A DNA stretch of 64,000 nucleotides from Planctomycetota bacterium. GTDB taxonomy: Bacteria; Planctomycetota; PLA2; JAEUHO01. The notes beneath the pieces are model-generated. The model was given only the letters and a program-made list of their open reading frames with translations. It was not told the origin of the DNA and made no database searches. The position numbers and the translations under genes were made by a program. Location of the stretch: the NCBI GenBank assembly GCA_965223505.1, contig CBDCWP010000010.1, positions 1 through 64,000 of the forward strand. Reading direction: 5' to 3'. Of the stretch, positions 28,254 through 38,627 are shown piece after piece (the first letter of the stretch is position 1; each line of letters opens with the position of its first letter).

Positions 28254-29432
28254 ATGATCGTCGGCGTCGTCAAGGAGACGTTTCCGGGTGAGCGGCGCGT
28301 GGGCGTCGTTCCCGACCACCTATCGCCGTTCAAGAAGAAGGGCTTCGAGGTCGTCGTCGAGAGCGGCGCGGGTCTCGAGGCCGGCTATCCCGACGCCGTC
28401 TACGAAGCGAAGGGCGCCGAGATCCTGCCGTCGCGAGAGGCCGTCTTCCAAAAGGCCGACATCATCGCGCAGGTGCGTCTGTACAGCGCGAATCCCGACG
28501 AGGGCAAGGCCGACCTGGCGCTGATGAAGGAGGGACAGGTCCTAGTCGGCGCCGCCGAGCCCCTTTCGCGGCCGGACCTCGTCGAGGAGCTCGCGACCAA
28601 GAAGGTCAACGCCTTCGGCCTCGAGCTGATCCCCCGAACGACGCGCGCACAGGCGATGGACATCCTGTCGTCGATGGCGACGGTCGCCGGCTACCGCGCC
28701 GTCCTGTGGGCCGCCGACCGCCTGCCCAAGTTCTTCCCGATGTTCATGACGGCCGCCGGCACCGTCGCCCCGGCGAAGGTGTTCGTCGTCGGCGTGGGCG
28801 TGGCGGGCCTGCAGGCGATCGCGACGGCCAAGCGCCTGGGCGCGATCGTTAGCGCGTACGACGTTCGCCCGGCCGTGAAGGAAGAGGTCGAGAGTCTCGG
28901 CGGCAAGTTCGTCGAGATGGAGCTCGAGAGCGGCGAGGGCGAAGGCGGCTACGCGCGCGAGATGGACGAGGCGTTCTATCGCAAGCAGCGCGAGCTGATG
29001 ATCCGGGTCGTCGCGGAGAACGACGTCGTCATCACGACGGCGGCGGTCCCCGGCAAGAAGGCACCGATCCTCGTCACCGAGGAGATGGTCCGAGGCATGG
29101 CGCCCGGCTCGGTGATCGTCGACCTCGCGGCCGAGCGTGGCGGCAACTGCGAGCTGACGAAGGTCGACGAGGTCGTGCAGGCGCACGGGGTCACGATCCT
29201 GGGGCCCTCGAACGTGCCCTCGACGCTCCCGTTCCACGCTTCGCAGATGTACTCGAAGAACATCTTCAACTTCCTCTCGAACATGCTCTCCAAGGACCGG
29301 GAGCGCAAGAACGAGTGGGACCTCGAACAGGAAGACGACATCATCGCCGGCACGTGGATGACGAAGAACGGCGAGGTCGTTCACGAAGCGGTGAAGAGCG
29401 CGCTGGCTGCGAGCGTAGGAGGGCAGGCCTGA
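28254..29432 (+). CDS. pntA: NAD(P) transhydrogenase subunit alpha part 1
   Basis: PRTTRAQAMDILSS, GVGVAGLQAIATA, DLAAERGGNCE. Confidence 0.95.
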   Translation: MIVGVVKETFPGERRVGVVPDHLSPFKKKGFEVVVESGAGLEAGYPDAVYEAKGAEILPSREAVFQKADIIAQVRLYSANPDEGKADLALMKEGQVLVGAAEPLSRPDLVEELATKKVNAFGLELIPRTTRAQAMDILSSMATVAGYRAVLWAADRLPKFFPMFMTAAGTVAPAKVFVVGVGVAGLQAIATAKRLGAIVSAYDVRPAVKEEVESLGGKFVEMELESGEGEGGYAREMDEAFYRKQRELMIRVVAENDVVITTAAVPGKKAPILVTEEMVRGMAPGSVIVDLAAERGGNCELTKVDEVVQAHGVTILGPSNVPSTLPFHASQMYSKNIFNFLSNMLSKDRERKNEWDLEQEDDIIAGTWMTKNGEVVHEAVKSALAASVGGQA

Positions 29433-29719
29433 TGGAACTCCTCATCTTGCTTCTGACGATCTTCGTCCTGGCGATCTTCGTCGGCTTCGAGATCATCACG
29501 AAGGTGCCGCCGACGCTGCACACGCCGCTGATGTCCGGATCGAACGCGATCAGCGGCATCACCATCATCGGCGCGCTCCTCGCGGCCGGCATGTTGGGTG
29601 ACAGCTATCCGGCGTTGGCCAGGGTGCTGGGCATGGTGGCGCTCATCTTCGCCACCATCAACGTGGTCGGCGGCTTCCTCGTCACCGGCCGCATGCTGAA
29701 GATGTTCCAGAAGAAGTAG
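29432..29719 (+). CDS. NAD(P) transhydrogenase subunit alpha part 2
   Basis: KVPPTLHTPLMSGSNAISG, INVVGGF.VT.RML.MF. Confidence 0.95.
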   Translation: MELLILLLTIFVLAIFVGFEIITKVPPTLHTPLMSGSNAISGITIIGALLAAGMLGDSYPALARVLGMVALIFATINVVGGFLVTGRMLKMFQKK

Positions 29720-29727
29720 GCGTCGAC

Positions 29728-31329
29728 ATGCTTTCCCAGAACATCGTCAACATCGCGTACCTCGTCGCCGCGATCCTGTTCATCTTCGACCTGAAGTGGA
29801 TGGCGCATCCGCGCACGGCCGTTCGCGGCAACCGCGCCGGCGCGCTCGGCATGCTCATCGCCGTCGTCGCCACGCTGCTCAGCCCCGAGTGGCAGAAGTA
29901 CGGCGGATCAGGCATCGGTTGGGACTACATCCTGATCGGTCTGGCTGCCGGCGCGCTGATCGGCGCCGTCGCGGCGCTGCGGGTCAAGATGACCGCCATG
30001 CCGGAGATGGTGGGGTTGTTCAACGGCTTCGGCGGCGCGGCCTCCGTGCTCGTCGCGGCCGCCGCCGTCGTGGAGGCCGTCTCCACCGACTACGCCGCGA
30101 TCGACAGCCCCGGTCAGATGAAGGTGGCCACGGTTCTCTCGGCGCTCATCGGATCCGTGACCGTGTTCGGAAGCTACGTCGCCTTCGGCAAGCTCGCCGA
30201 GTTCCTCGCGGTCAAGTGGAAGCTCTACACCTGGCAGCGCGTCGTCAAATACGGCTTCAACGCGCTGCTGATCGCCGCCGCGGTCGTCTACGCCGCGGCC
30301 AACGGCTTCGCGCCCTGGACGCTCGTCTGCATCGCCTCCGCCGTGGTCATGGCCGGCGTGATGATGTCGAAGAAGGACACCTTCCCCGGCCTCAACGCGA
30401 TGAAGCTGGCCTCGCTGATCGCCGCGCTGACCCTGGCCGTGCTCGTCGTCGTCCATGCCGAGGACACGTCGGTCATCGGTCCCGACAACCAACAGATGTT
30501 CTGGGCGCTGGTGGCCGTCGCGGGCGTGCTGGGCGTGTGCCTCACGTTCTCGATCGGCGGCGCCGACATGCCCGTCGTCATCGCGCTCTTGAACAGCTAC
30601 TCCGGCATCGCCGCGTCGGCGACCGGCTTCGTGATCAACAACAACGCGTTGATCATCTCCGGCGCGCTGGTGGGTGCGTCGGGATTGATCCTGACGAAGA
30701 TCATGTGCAAGGCGATGAACCGCTCGTTGGCCAACGTGATGTTCGCGGCGATGGGGCCGACCGCCGACACGCCGGACGCGGACGAGGTCTACAAGACCGT
30801 CAAGTCCACGAGTGCCGACGAGATCGCCATGTTGCTCGAGACCGCGCAACGCGTGGTCATCGTGCCCGGCTACGGCATGGCGGTGGCCCAAGCGCAGCAC
30901 GCCGTGCGCGATCTCGCCAACCTCCTGGAGTCGAAGTTCGGCTGCGAGGTCGAGTATTCGGTGCACCCGGTCGCGGGGCGCATGCCGGGGCACATGAACG
31001 TGTTGCTGGCCGAGGCGAACGTGCCGTACGACGAGCTCAAGGAGATGGACGAAACGAACGCGACGATCGAGACGGTGGACGTCTGCATCGTCGTGGGCGC
31101 CAACGACGTGGTGAACCCCGTCGCGCGCACCGATCCGAACAGCCCGATCGCAGGCATGCCGATCATCGACGTCGACAAGGCGCGCACGTGCATCGTCATC
31201 AAGCGATCGCTGAGCCCGGGTTTCGCGGGCATTCCGAACCCGCTGTTCGCGATGGACAACTGCCTCATGTTCTTCAACGACGCCAAGAAGGCCTTCGTCG
31301 AGATCATCGAGGCCGTCAAGGAAGCGTAG
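29728..31329 (+). CDS. pntB: NAD(P) transhydrogenase subunit beta
   Basis: MTAMPEMV, IGGADMPVVIALLNSYSG, HPVAGRMPGHMNVLLAEA. Confidence 0.96.
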   Translation: MLSQNIVNIAYLVAAILFIFDLKWMAHPRTAVRGNRAGALGMLIAVVATLLSPEWQKYGGSGIGWDYILIGLAAGALIGAVAALRVKMTAMPEMVGLFNGFGGAASVLVAAAAVVEAVSTDYAAIDSPGQMKVATVLSALIGSVTVFGSYVAFGKLAEFLAVKWKLYTWQRVVKYGFNALLIAAAVVYAAANGFAPWTLVCIASAVVMAGVMMSKKDTFPGLNAMKLASLIAALTLAVLVVVHAEDTSVIGPDNQQMFWALVAVAGVLGVCLTFSIGGADMPVVIALLNSYSGIAASATGFVINNNALIISGALVGASGLILTKIMCKAMNRSLANVMFAAMGPTADTPDADEVYKTVKSTSADEIAMLLETAQRVVIVPGYGMAVAQAQHAVRDLANLLESKFGCEVEYSVHPVAGRMPGHMNVLLAEANVPYDELKEMDETNATIETVDVCIVVGANDVVNPVARTDPNSPIAGMPIIDVDKARTCIVIKRSLSPGFAGIPNPLFAMDNCLMFFNDAKKAFVEIIEAVKEA

Positions 31330-31342
31330 GCCTGCGCAGCCT

Positions 31343-32032
31343 CTACTCCGCGAGCCGTGCTCGCAGCCAAGCTCGCACGGGTGACGATGCGCGCTCGAGC
31401 AGGTCGTGGCCCTCGTCGAGATGCAGCGTCTCGAGCAACGCGCCGGCTTCGCGCCAAGCGGCTTCCACCTCGCTGGTGTACGCGGGCGGATACGACGCGT
31501 CGCGCGTCCCCGTGACCCAGTACACGGGCTTGTCCCTGCACGACGAGAGCGTGGGCCGAAACGTCGCGGGAATGCCCCCCGCCAGCCCGACGACGCCGGC
31601 GGCGCGATCGGGGTGAAGCGCGAGGAAGTGGCACGCCACGCCGACGCCCTGGCTGTAGCCGAGTAGGTAGGTCGTCTCGGGACGCGTTTCGTATTGCGCC
31701 GCCACCTGTTCGAGCGCGGCGTCGATCAGCGCGTCGTTGCGGCGATCGGTCGCCTCGCGGTTCGGGTCGGCGACCCAGCCGCAGCCGATGCCGCCCTTTG
31801 CCGCACCGCCCGGCGTTCGCGCGCGCCGGTAGAACGTGGACGGCCCCTCCGGCGCGATGACGACGGCTTCGTCCGATGCCACGCTGCGTGCGAACGCGAG
31901 CATCTGTTCCGGCGGCTGCCCGTACCCGTGAATCGCGACCAGAACGGGGGGTGTGCTCGACGAGACGCGCGGCGGTGAGAGACGGACGAAGCCCGTCGCG
32001 CGAATGCTCACTTCGAAGCGTTCGTCGTCCAC
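31343..32032 (-). CDS. Alpha/beta hydrolase (phospholipase/carboxylesterase family)
   Basis: HGYG oxyanion motif, GYSQG nucleophile elbow, GTRD, GH; GTG start inferred. Confidence 0.85.
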   Translation of the reverse strand: MDDERFEVSIRATGFVRLSPPRVSSSTPPVLVAIHGYGQPPEQMLAFARSVASDEAVVIAPEGPSTFYRRARTPGGAAKGGIGCGWVADPNREATDRRNDALIDAALEQVAAQYETRPETTYLLGYSQGVGVACHFLALHPDRAAGVVGLAGGIPATFRPTLSSCRDKPVYWVTGTRDASYPPAYTSEVEAAWREAGALLETLHLDEGHDLLERASSPVRAWLRARLAE

Positions 32033-32037
32033 GGCGG

Positions 32038-32490
32038 CTACGGCGTGACCGTTGCGTCCTCGATCGCCATGATCTTCGCGACGCGGCCCTCGTGCCGGCC
32101 GCCGTCGAACGGCGTGTCCAGGAACAAGTCGGCCATGCGCTGCATCGCAGTCGCGGAGAACGTGCGCGCACCCATGCAGGCGACGTTGGCGTCGTTGTGG
32201 CGACGCGTCATCTCCGCGGTGTACTCGTTGTGGAGCGTCGCGGCGCGGATGCCGTGCACCTTGTTGGCGGCCATGCAGACGCCGATGCCGGTGCCGCAGA
32301 GGACGAAGCCGCGTTCCGCGTCGCCCGACGCGACGGCGCGGGCGACGTCGGCGGCAACGTCCGGGTAGTCGACGGCGCCGCCGGGCGGACAGCCGAAGTC
32401 GTTCACATCGTGTCCGTTGCCGCGCAGGTGCTCGATCAACGCGATACGTTCGTCGATCGCGGCGTGGTCGGATCCGATTGCGATCTTCAT
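32038..32490 (-). CDS. rpiB: Ribose-5-phosphate isomerase B
   Basis: GSDHA, DYPD, CGTGIG, HNDANV, F.GGRH..RV. Confidence 0.96.
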   Translation of the reverse strand: MKIAIGSDHAAIDERIALIEHLRGNGHDVNDFGCPPGGAVDYPDVAADVARAVASGDAERGFVLCGTGIGVCMAANKVHGIRAATLHNEYTAEMTRRHNDANVACMGARTFSATAMQRMADLFLDTPFDGGRHEGRVAKIMAIEDATVTP

Positions 32491-33563
32491 TGCACGAGGC
32501 TCCCCGCGATGATCGTTGCCGCCGCGTCGAGCCGGCGCGCCAGCTTGCGGTACTCAGGATACGGCCCGCCGGCGGGATCGGCGATGTCGCCGCCTTCCGG
32601 GTCGAGCAGGAACACGTCGCGCTCGCGATGGGGGAAGAACGCCAGGATCTGTTCCCGCTGCTCGCGCTCCATGCAGAAGATCCGCGAGGACTGCTCGACG
32701 AGATCCTCCGAGAGCTTCTGCGAGCGGTGCGCTTCCAGATCGAGCGGCGGATCGAACATCTCGTTCGCGACGCGGCGCGCCTTGCGCGAGGCGCGCCGGT
32801 TCGGTTCGGCGGCGACACCGGCGCTCGAGACGATGAAGCCGCGTTTCTCGAGCTCGTTCTCGCGGCAGCCGATCTGCATGGCGAGCCGGCGGCGAAGAAC
32901 GGCGGCGACGAGCGGGCTGCGGTCGGTGTTGCCCTTGCAAACGAAGAGGATGTTCGCCCACCGCGGCGCGCGCACCCGCCACTCGGGGATGCCGCCTTCG
33001 CGCAGCACGGTGACGTCGTCACCGACGATCTTGACGACCGTGCTGGCGACGCCGCCTTCCGCCGGTCCGCCGTCGATGACCATGTCGAGCTCGCTCGGGA
33101 AGTCACGCAGCACGTCGTCCGCGGTTGTGGGCGAAGGGTTGCCGGAGATGTTGGCGCTTGGAACGTAGAGCGGCACACCGGCCGCACGCACGAGGCCGCG
33201 CGCCAGCGGATGCGAAGGCAGTCGGAACCCGGCGAGGCCGCCCGCGCGATCGGGAAGCACGAGCGTGAGCGGACCGGGCCAGAAACGCTTCATGAGGTCG
33301 ACAGCGGCGCGGGGGATGTTCGGGCAGCGGTCGCGCACAGGTGTCGTGCTCGCGACCATCATCGTCATCGGCTTGTTGCGCGGACGACCCTTGAGCTCGT
33401 ACAGACGTTCGACCGCATCCGGAAGCTCGGCGGAGACCGCGACGCCGTAGACGGTCTCGGTCGGGAACGCAACGAGGCCGCCTCTGCGCAGGATGGCGCC
33501 GGCGCGCGCAAGCTCTTCGTCGAGCGCGCCTCGGTCCAGTACACGTAGCACTTCCGTTCCCAT
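32487..33563 (-). CDS. tsaC: L-threonylcarbamoyladenylate synthase fused to a low-molecular-weight protein phosphatase
   Basis: AFPTETVYG, KGRP..KP, FWPGPLT, SANISG; then FVCKGNTDRSP and DIADP. Confidence 0.9.
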   Translation of the reverse strand: MGTEVLRVLDRGALDEELARAGAILRRGGLVAFPTETVYGVAVSAELPDAVERLYELKGRPRNKPMTMMVASTTPVRDRCPNIPRAAVDLMKRFWPGPLTLVLPDRAGGLAGFRLPSHPLARGLVRAAGVPLYVPSANISGNPSPTTADDVLRDFPSELDMVIDGGPAEGGVASTVVKIVGDDVTVLREGGIPEWRVRAPRWANILFVCKGNTDRSPLVAAVLRRRLAMQIGCRENELEKRGFIVSSAGVAAEPNRRASRKARRVANEMFDPPLDLEAHRSQKLSEDLVEQSSRIFCMEREQREQILAFFPHRERDVFLLDPEGGDIADPAGGPYPEYRKLARRLDAAATIIAGSLVQ

Positions 33564-33660
33564 GGGGGCGGAGGATACCTCCGCTTTCCCCCGCACTCAG
33601 AGATGGCGGCACCGGGTGCATTCGGCGCGGGACGAAGCGGGTGCGGTAGCCTTGTGCGCC

Positions 33661-34413
33661 ATGGACGACCGCTCGCGCGATGCCCCGACACCAAAGGGAC
33701 TTCAGTTCCTCGGCGCGGTTGCCGGCGGGCTGGTGCACGAGATTCGCAACCCGCTCTCCACCATGAACGTGACGTTGCAGCTGCTGCGGGAGGCGTGGCC
33801 GCAGGGGGAGGGGGACGCCCGCGAGCGCAAGACGGCGCGGCGCATCCACACGTTGCTCGACGAGGTGAAGCGGCTCGAGGCGATCCTCGACGACTTCATG
33901 CGGTACGCCGGAATTCGGCGCCTGAACCTGGCCAACGTGGACCTGAACCGGGTGCTGGAGGAGTTGACCGGGTTCATCCTCCCGGAGTGCGCGCGCGCGG
34001 GCGTGGAGCTGGCCTTCTACCCCGACCGCAAGCTGCCGATCATGCCGCTCGACGAGCGGCTGGTGAAGCAGGCGGTGCTCAACCTGTTCCTCAACGCGAT
34101 CCAGGCGATGGAGACGAACGACGACGAGGGAGCGGAGCGGCAGTTGATCGTCCGAACGCGACTGGACGGCGATTTCGCGCGCGTGGACGTCATCGACACG
34201 GGGCCGGGCATTCCCAAGGACGCCCGCGAGAAGGTGTGGGAGGTGTACTACAGCCGCCGGCGAACGGGCAGCGGGCTCGGCCTGCCGACGGCGCGCCGGA
34301 TCGCCGAGGAGCATGGCGGAGACCTCTCGTTCGAGACCGACGAGGGCAAGGGGACGAACTTCGTGCTGCGTCTGCCGTTGGCCGGTCCGCCGCGTGGCGA
34401 GGACGACGCGTGA
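33661..34413 (+). CDS. Histidine kinase core (HisKA + HATPase) without input domain
   Basis: HEIRNPL H box, NAIQAM N box, DTGPGI, GSGLGL. Confidence 0.9.
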   Translation: MDDRSRDAPTPKGLQFLGAVAGGLVHEIRNPLSTMNVTLQLLREAWPQGEGDARERKTARRIHTLLDEVKRLEAILDDFMRYAGIRRLNLANVDLNRVLEELTGFILPECARAGVELAFYPDRKLPIMPLDERLVKQAVLNLFLNAIQAMETNDDEGAERQLIVRTRLDGDFARVDVIDTGPGIPKDAREKVWEVYYSRRRTGSGLGLPTARRIAEEHGGDLSFETDEGKGTNFVLRLPLAGPPRGEDDA

Positions 34414-34799
34414 ACGGCGGCCCCCAGGCACTCGAAGTGTTCGGTCTGACCCTGAGCGTGGAGATGCTCGAGGACGGGATCCGCATGCGCGCGCTCTACA
34501 AGCAGACCGCGGTGCGGGGCGGTTTCACCGTGTGGCCCTCGCAGGCCCAGCTGGGGGAGCTGCTGGCGCAGATCGAGCGCCAGTATCACGACTTCGAGCA
34601 GCCGGTCGACTGGACGCTCGACGTGGGGGACAAGCACCTGTCGCTGGCGTGGACGCTCGACGGGCTCGGCCACGTGCAGGCGGGGCGGCTGCGCATGGCC
34701 GACGCGGCCGCCGGCTGGTCGCTTCAGGGGCGGCTGAGCGGCGATCAGAGCTACCTGCCCCGCATCGCGATGGGTTTGCAGCTCCTGCTGCGGGCCTAG
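34410..34799 (+). CDS. Hypothetical protein (possible WapI-like fold)
   Basis: GTG overlaps the kinase stop (GTGA); host-like codon use; C-terminal DGLGHV...DQSYLP. Confidence 0.6.
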   Translation: MNGGPQALEVFGLTLSVEMLEDGIRMRALYKQTAVRGGFTVWPSQAQLGELLAQIERQYHDFEQPVDWTLDVGDKHLSLAWTLDGLGHVQAGRLRMADAAAGWSLQGRLSGDQSYLPRIAMGLQLLLRA

Positions 34800-34930
34800 G
34801 CGTATCCCCGAGGCCCCGTCGCGCGATGTTCGTTTGGGGGGCCCCCAAGAATGGGCACGCAGCGCTGCAACGCCTGATTTCTGCCCCTTCCCCGGTGGAC
34901 CTGCCAGGATGTCGTGACACATTGGCAGCA

Positions 34931-36343
34931 ATGTCCACTGCACCCACCGCACGTTTGAAGATCCTGGTCGTCGAGGACGACGAGGCCCACGGCGAGGTCA
35001 TCGCCGACGTCCTCGAGTCCGAGGGCCACCGCGTCGCCCTCGCAACCAGCGCCGCCGCCGGGATCGAGGCCCTCGAGAAGCCGGGTATCGACCTCGTCGT
35101 CACGGACCTGCGCCTCCAGGACGCCGACGGCCTGGAGATCGTCGAGCGCTGCGGCGCCCTGCGCGGCGACCATGCCGTGCCCCAGTGCGTGGTCGTCACG
35201 GGCTACGGAACGGTCGACGGGGCCGTCGCGGCCATGCGCGCCGGCGCGCTGCACTACCTCCAGAAGCCGCTGGACGTGGACATCCTGCGCGAGACCGTCC
35301 GGTCGGCCGCCGAGCGCATCGCGCTCGAGGTCGAGAACCGCGAGCTGCAAGTCACGCTCGACAAGTCCTTCGCCTTCCCCGGCATCCTCGGTCAGACGCA
35401 GGCCATGCAGCGCATCTTCGACGTGATGAACCAGGTCGTCGAGACGGACGCCACGATCCTCATTCGCGGCGAGTCCGGCACCGGCAAGGAGCTCGTCGCC
35501 CAGGCGCTGCACCGCGCCGGCCCGCGTCGCGGCAAGCCGTTCGTGCCCCTCAACTGCGCGGCCCTGGCCGAAGGCGTGCTCGAAAGCGAGCTCTTCGGAC
35601 ACGAGGAAGGCGCGTTTACGGGCGCCAGCGCGCAGCGCAAGGGGCGCTTCGAAGCCGCGCACGGCGGGACGCTGTTCCTCGACGAGATCGGCGACATGCC
35701 TCTCGCCACGCAAGCGCACCTGCTGCGCGCGCTCGAGTCCGGCGAGATCGTGCGCGTCGGCTCGAACGACCCGCTGCAGGTGGACGTGCGCGTGATCGCC
35801 GCGACCAACCAGGACCTGGACGCCATGGTCGCCGAGAAGCGCTTCCGCGAGGACCTGAGCTTCCGACTGCGTGTCGTGCAGATCGACCTGCCTCCGTTGC
35901 GCGAGCGCCTGGCCGACCTGCCGATGCTCGCGGAGCATTTCCTCGCCGAGGCCGCGGAGAAGCACCGCAAGCCTGCGCGCAACTTCGGACCCGACGCCAT
36001 GGACCGGCTCATGAGCTACGGCTGGCCGGGGAACGTCCGGGAGCTCAAGAACGCGATCGAGAGCATGGTCTTGATGTCGCGCGGTCCGCTGCTCACCGCC
36101 GAGCAGATTCCGGCCTACGTGAAGCCGAGCGAGGAGCGGCCGGAGAGCTTGCGTAGTCTCTCCGGGCTCGTACTGGAAGACGTCGAACGCGCGCTGATAT
36201 CGAACACTTTGCGCGACGTCGGCGGCAATCGGGAACGCGCTTCGCAGATGCTGGGCATCAGCACCCGAACGCTGTACCGGAAAATCAAGGCCTTCGGCCT
36301 GTCGAGGCGCCCGAAGGGTGTCGAATCGGCAAGGTCGGACTGA
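34931..36343 (+). CDS. Sigma-54-dependent response regulator (NtrC family)
   Basis: Receiver [39 protein letters not shown]-terminal Fis HTH. Confidence 0.96.
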   Translation: MSTAPTARLKILVVEDDEAHGEVIADVLESEGHRVALATSAAAGIEALEKPGIDLVVTDLRLQDADGLEIVERCGALRGDHAVPQCVVVTGYGTVDGAVAAMRAGALHYLQKPLDVDILRETVRSAAERIALEVENRELQVTLDKSFAFPGILGQTQAMQRIFDVMNQVVETDATILIRGESGTGKELVAQALHRAGPRRGKPFVPLNCAALAEGVLESELFGHEEGAFTGASAQRKGRFEAAHGGTLFLDEIGDMPLATQAHLLRALESGEIVRVGSNDPLQVDVRVIAATNQDLDAMVAEKRFREDLSFRLRVVQIDLPPLRERLADLPMLAEHFLAEAAEKHRKPARNFGPDAMDRLMSYGWPGNVRELKNAIESMVLMSRGPLLTAEQIPAYVKPSEERPESLRSLSGLVLEDVERALISNTLRDVGGNRERASQMLGISTRTLYRKIKAFGLSRRPKGVESARSD

Positions 36344-36444
36344 CGGACCCTGCCGAATCGGCACGTCCGCGGTCGCATCGAACGTCGCAGGGCCGGTCTC
36401 CGAACAGGGTTCGGACGGTGGTTTTTGAAGAAAAAGGAGCCGAA

Positions 36445-38385
36445 ATGGCCGAACGGATCATTGGTATCGACCTCGGAACGACCAACAGCGTCGTCGCCGT
36501 GATGGAAGGCGGCGAGCCGCGCGTGATCGTCAATCAGGACGGCCATCGCATCACCCCCAGCGTCGTCGCGTTCACCGAGGGCGGCGAGCGGTTGGTGGGG
36601 CAGGCGGCGCGCCGTCAGGCCGTGACGAACCCCGAGAACACGGTCTACAGCATCAAGCGCTTCATGGGCCGCCGGCACAACGAGGTGGAGTCCGAAGAGA
36701 AGCTCGTCTCGTACCGCATCGTCGGGGCGCCCGACGAGCTCGTGAAGTGCGACATCCGCGGCAAGACGTACACGCCCCCGGAGATCTCCGCGATCATCCT
36801 CCAGCACCTCAAGAAGGCCGCGGAAGACCACCTCGGTGGGCCGGTCAAGGACGCGGTGATCACGGTCCCGGCGTACTTCAACGACAGCCAGCGCCAGGCG
36901 ACGAAGGACGCCGGTGTCATCGCCGGCCTCAACGTGCGCCGCATCCTCAACGAGCCGACGGCGGCCGCGCTGTCCTTCGGCATCAACAAGAAGGAGACCG
37001 GCACCATCGCCGTCTTCGACCTGGGCGGCGGCACGTTCGACATCTCGATCCTCGAGCTCAACGAGGGCGTCTTCGAGGTCAAGTCGACCAACGGCGACAC
37101 GCACCTCGGTGGTGACGACTTCGACCAGATCCTGCTCGACCACGTCGCGGACGAGTTCAAGAGCGAGCACGGTATCGACCTGCGTCAGGACACGATGGCG
37201 CTGCACCGCGTGCGCGAGGCGTGCGAGAAGGCCAAGATCGACCTCTCGAGCTCGCCGCAGACCGACATCAACCTGCCGTTCATCACGGCCGACGCCGCCG
37301 GTCCGAAGCACCTCACACGCAGCATCACCCGCGCGAAGTTCGAGCAGCTCATCAGCGAGACGCTCGACCGCGTCCGCGGACCGTGCCAGAAGGCGATCGA
37401 GGACGCCGGCATCGCCGCGTCCGAGCTCGACGAGGTGCTGCTCGTCGGCGGCTCGACGCGCATCCCGCTCGTCCAGACGGTGGTCAAGGAGATCTTCGGC
37501 AAGGAAGGCAACAAGACCGTCAACCCCGACGAAGGCGTCGCGCTCGGCGCCGCGATCCAGGCCGGCATCCTGTCGGGCGACGAGACGCTGCAGGACCTGC
37601 TCCTGCTCGACGTCACGCCGCTGTCGCTGGGCGTCGAGGTCCAGGGCGGCATGATGCACACGCTCATCGAGCGCAACACGACGATCCCGACCAAGAAGGA
37701 CGAGGTGTTCTCGACCGCCGCGGACAACCAGCCGCAGGTCGAGGTGCACGTCCTGCAAGGCGAGCGGCCGCAGGCCTCGGCCAACCGCACGCTCGGCAAG
37801 TTCATCCTCGACGGAATCCCGCCGGCGCCGCGCGGCATGCCGCAGATCGAGGTGACGTTCGACATCGATGCCAACGGCATCCTCAAGGTGTCCGCCAAGG
37901 ACAAGGGCACCGGCAAGGAGCAGAACGTGGTGATCGAGTCGTCCTCGGGTCTCTCCAAGGACGAGGTCGAGCAGATGCGCAAGGAAGCCGAGTCGCACGC
38001 CGAGGAGGACGCCAAGTTCAAGGAGGTCGGCGAGGCGCGCAACAAGGCTGATCACGCGCTGCACGAGGTCGACAAGCTCCTGAGCGAGCACGGCGACAAG
38101 GCCGACGACGCGATCAAGAGCACCATCGAAGAGAAGAAGAAGGCGCTCGAGAGCGTGAAGGACGGCGACGACCCCGCGGCGATCGAGGCGGCCATCAACG
38201 ACCTGATGACGGCCATGCAGGAGATCGCGAAGAAGGTCTACGCCGAGGCGCAGGCGGCCGATCCGGCTGCCGCCGCCGCAGCGGCCGCCGCCGCGGGCGG
38301 TGTGCCGGACGCCGGGACCGAGACCACGTCGGCCGAGAGCGACGAGAACGTCATCGACGCCGACTTCGAGGTGAAGGAGACGTAG
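36445..38385 (+). CDS. dnaK: Chaperone DnaK
   Basis: [42 protein letters not shown]-terminal DADFE. Confidence 0.99.
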   Translation: MAERIIGIDLGTTNSVVAVMEGGEPRVIVNQDGHRITPSVVAFTEGGERLVGQAARRQAVTNPENTVYSIKRFMGRRHNEVESEEKLVSYRIVGAPDELVKCDIRGKTYTPPEISAIILQHLKKAAEDHLGGPVKDAVITVPAYFNDSQRQATKDAGVIAGLNVRRILNEPTAAALSFGINKKETGTIAVFDLGGGTFDISILELNEGVFEVKSTNGDTHLGGDDFDQILLDHVADEFKSEHGIDLRQDTMALHRVREACEKAKIDLSSSPQTDINLPFITADAAGPKHLTRSITRAKFEQLISETLDRVRGPCQKAIEDAGIAASELDEVLLVGGSTRIPLVQTVVKEIFGKEGNKTVNPDEGVALGAAIQAGILSGDETLQDLLLLDVTPLSLGVEVQGGMMHTLIERNTTIPTKKDEVFSTAADNQPQVEVHVLQGERPQASANRTLGKFILDGIPPAPRGMPQIEVTFDIDANGILKVSAKDKGTGKEQNVVIESSSGLSKDEVEQMRKEAESHAEEDAKFKEVGEARNKADHALHEVDKLLSEHGDKADDAIKSTIEEKKKALESVKDGDDPAAIEAAINDLMTAMQEIAKKVYAEAQAADPAAAAAAAAAAGGVPDAGTETTSAESDENVIDADFEVKET

Positions 38386-38409
38386 GCGCGGCGCGGCTGC
38401 GCCGCGCCT

Positions 38410-38627
38410 GTAGGGGCAGCCCTCGTGGCTGCCCAACCGGGGCACGGAATTGGGCGACCACGAGGGTCGCCCCTACATCCGCCAGCGTTCATCGCCTCGC
38501 GGTCGCCGAGGTGTCGTGCACGATCACGTGCACGTTCACGTCCACGTGGCGCAGAAGCTGTAGGGGCAGCCCTTGTGGCTGCCCAACCGAGGACGCGTAG
38601 TTGGGCGACCACGAGGGTCGCCCCTAC
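38410..38627. repeat. Two REP doublets (REPIN-like)
   Basis: Forward GCAGCC-type plus inverted GCGACC-type at 38410-38476 and 38560-38627. Confidence 0.92.

Noticed and set aside
34851..34870. Sigma54 -24/-12 promoter (GGGCACGCAGCGCTGCA) before the NtrC gene
   Set aside because: GG-to-GC spacing is 11 nt rather than the required 10
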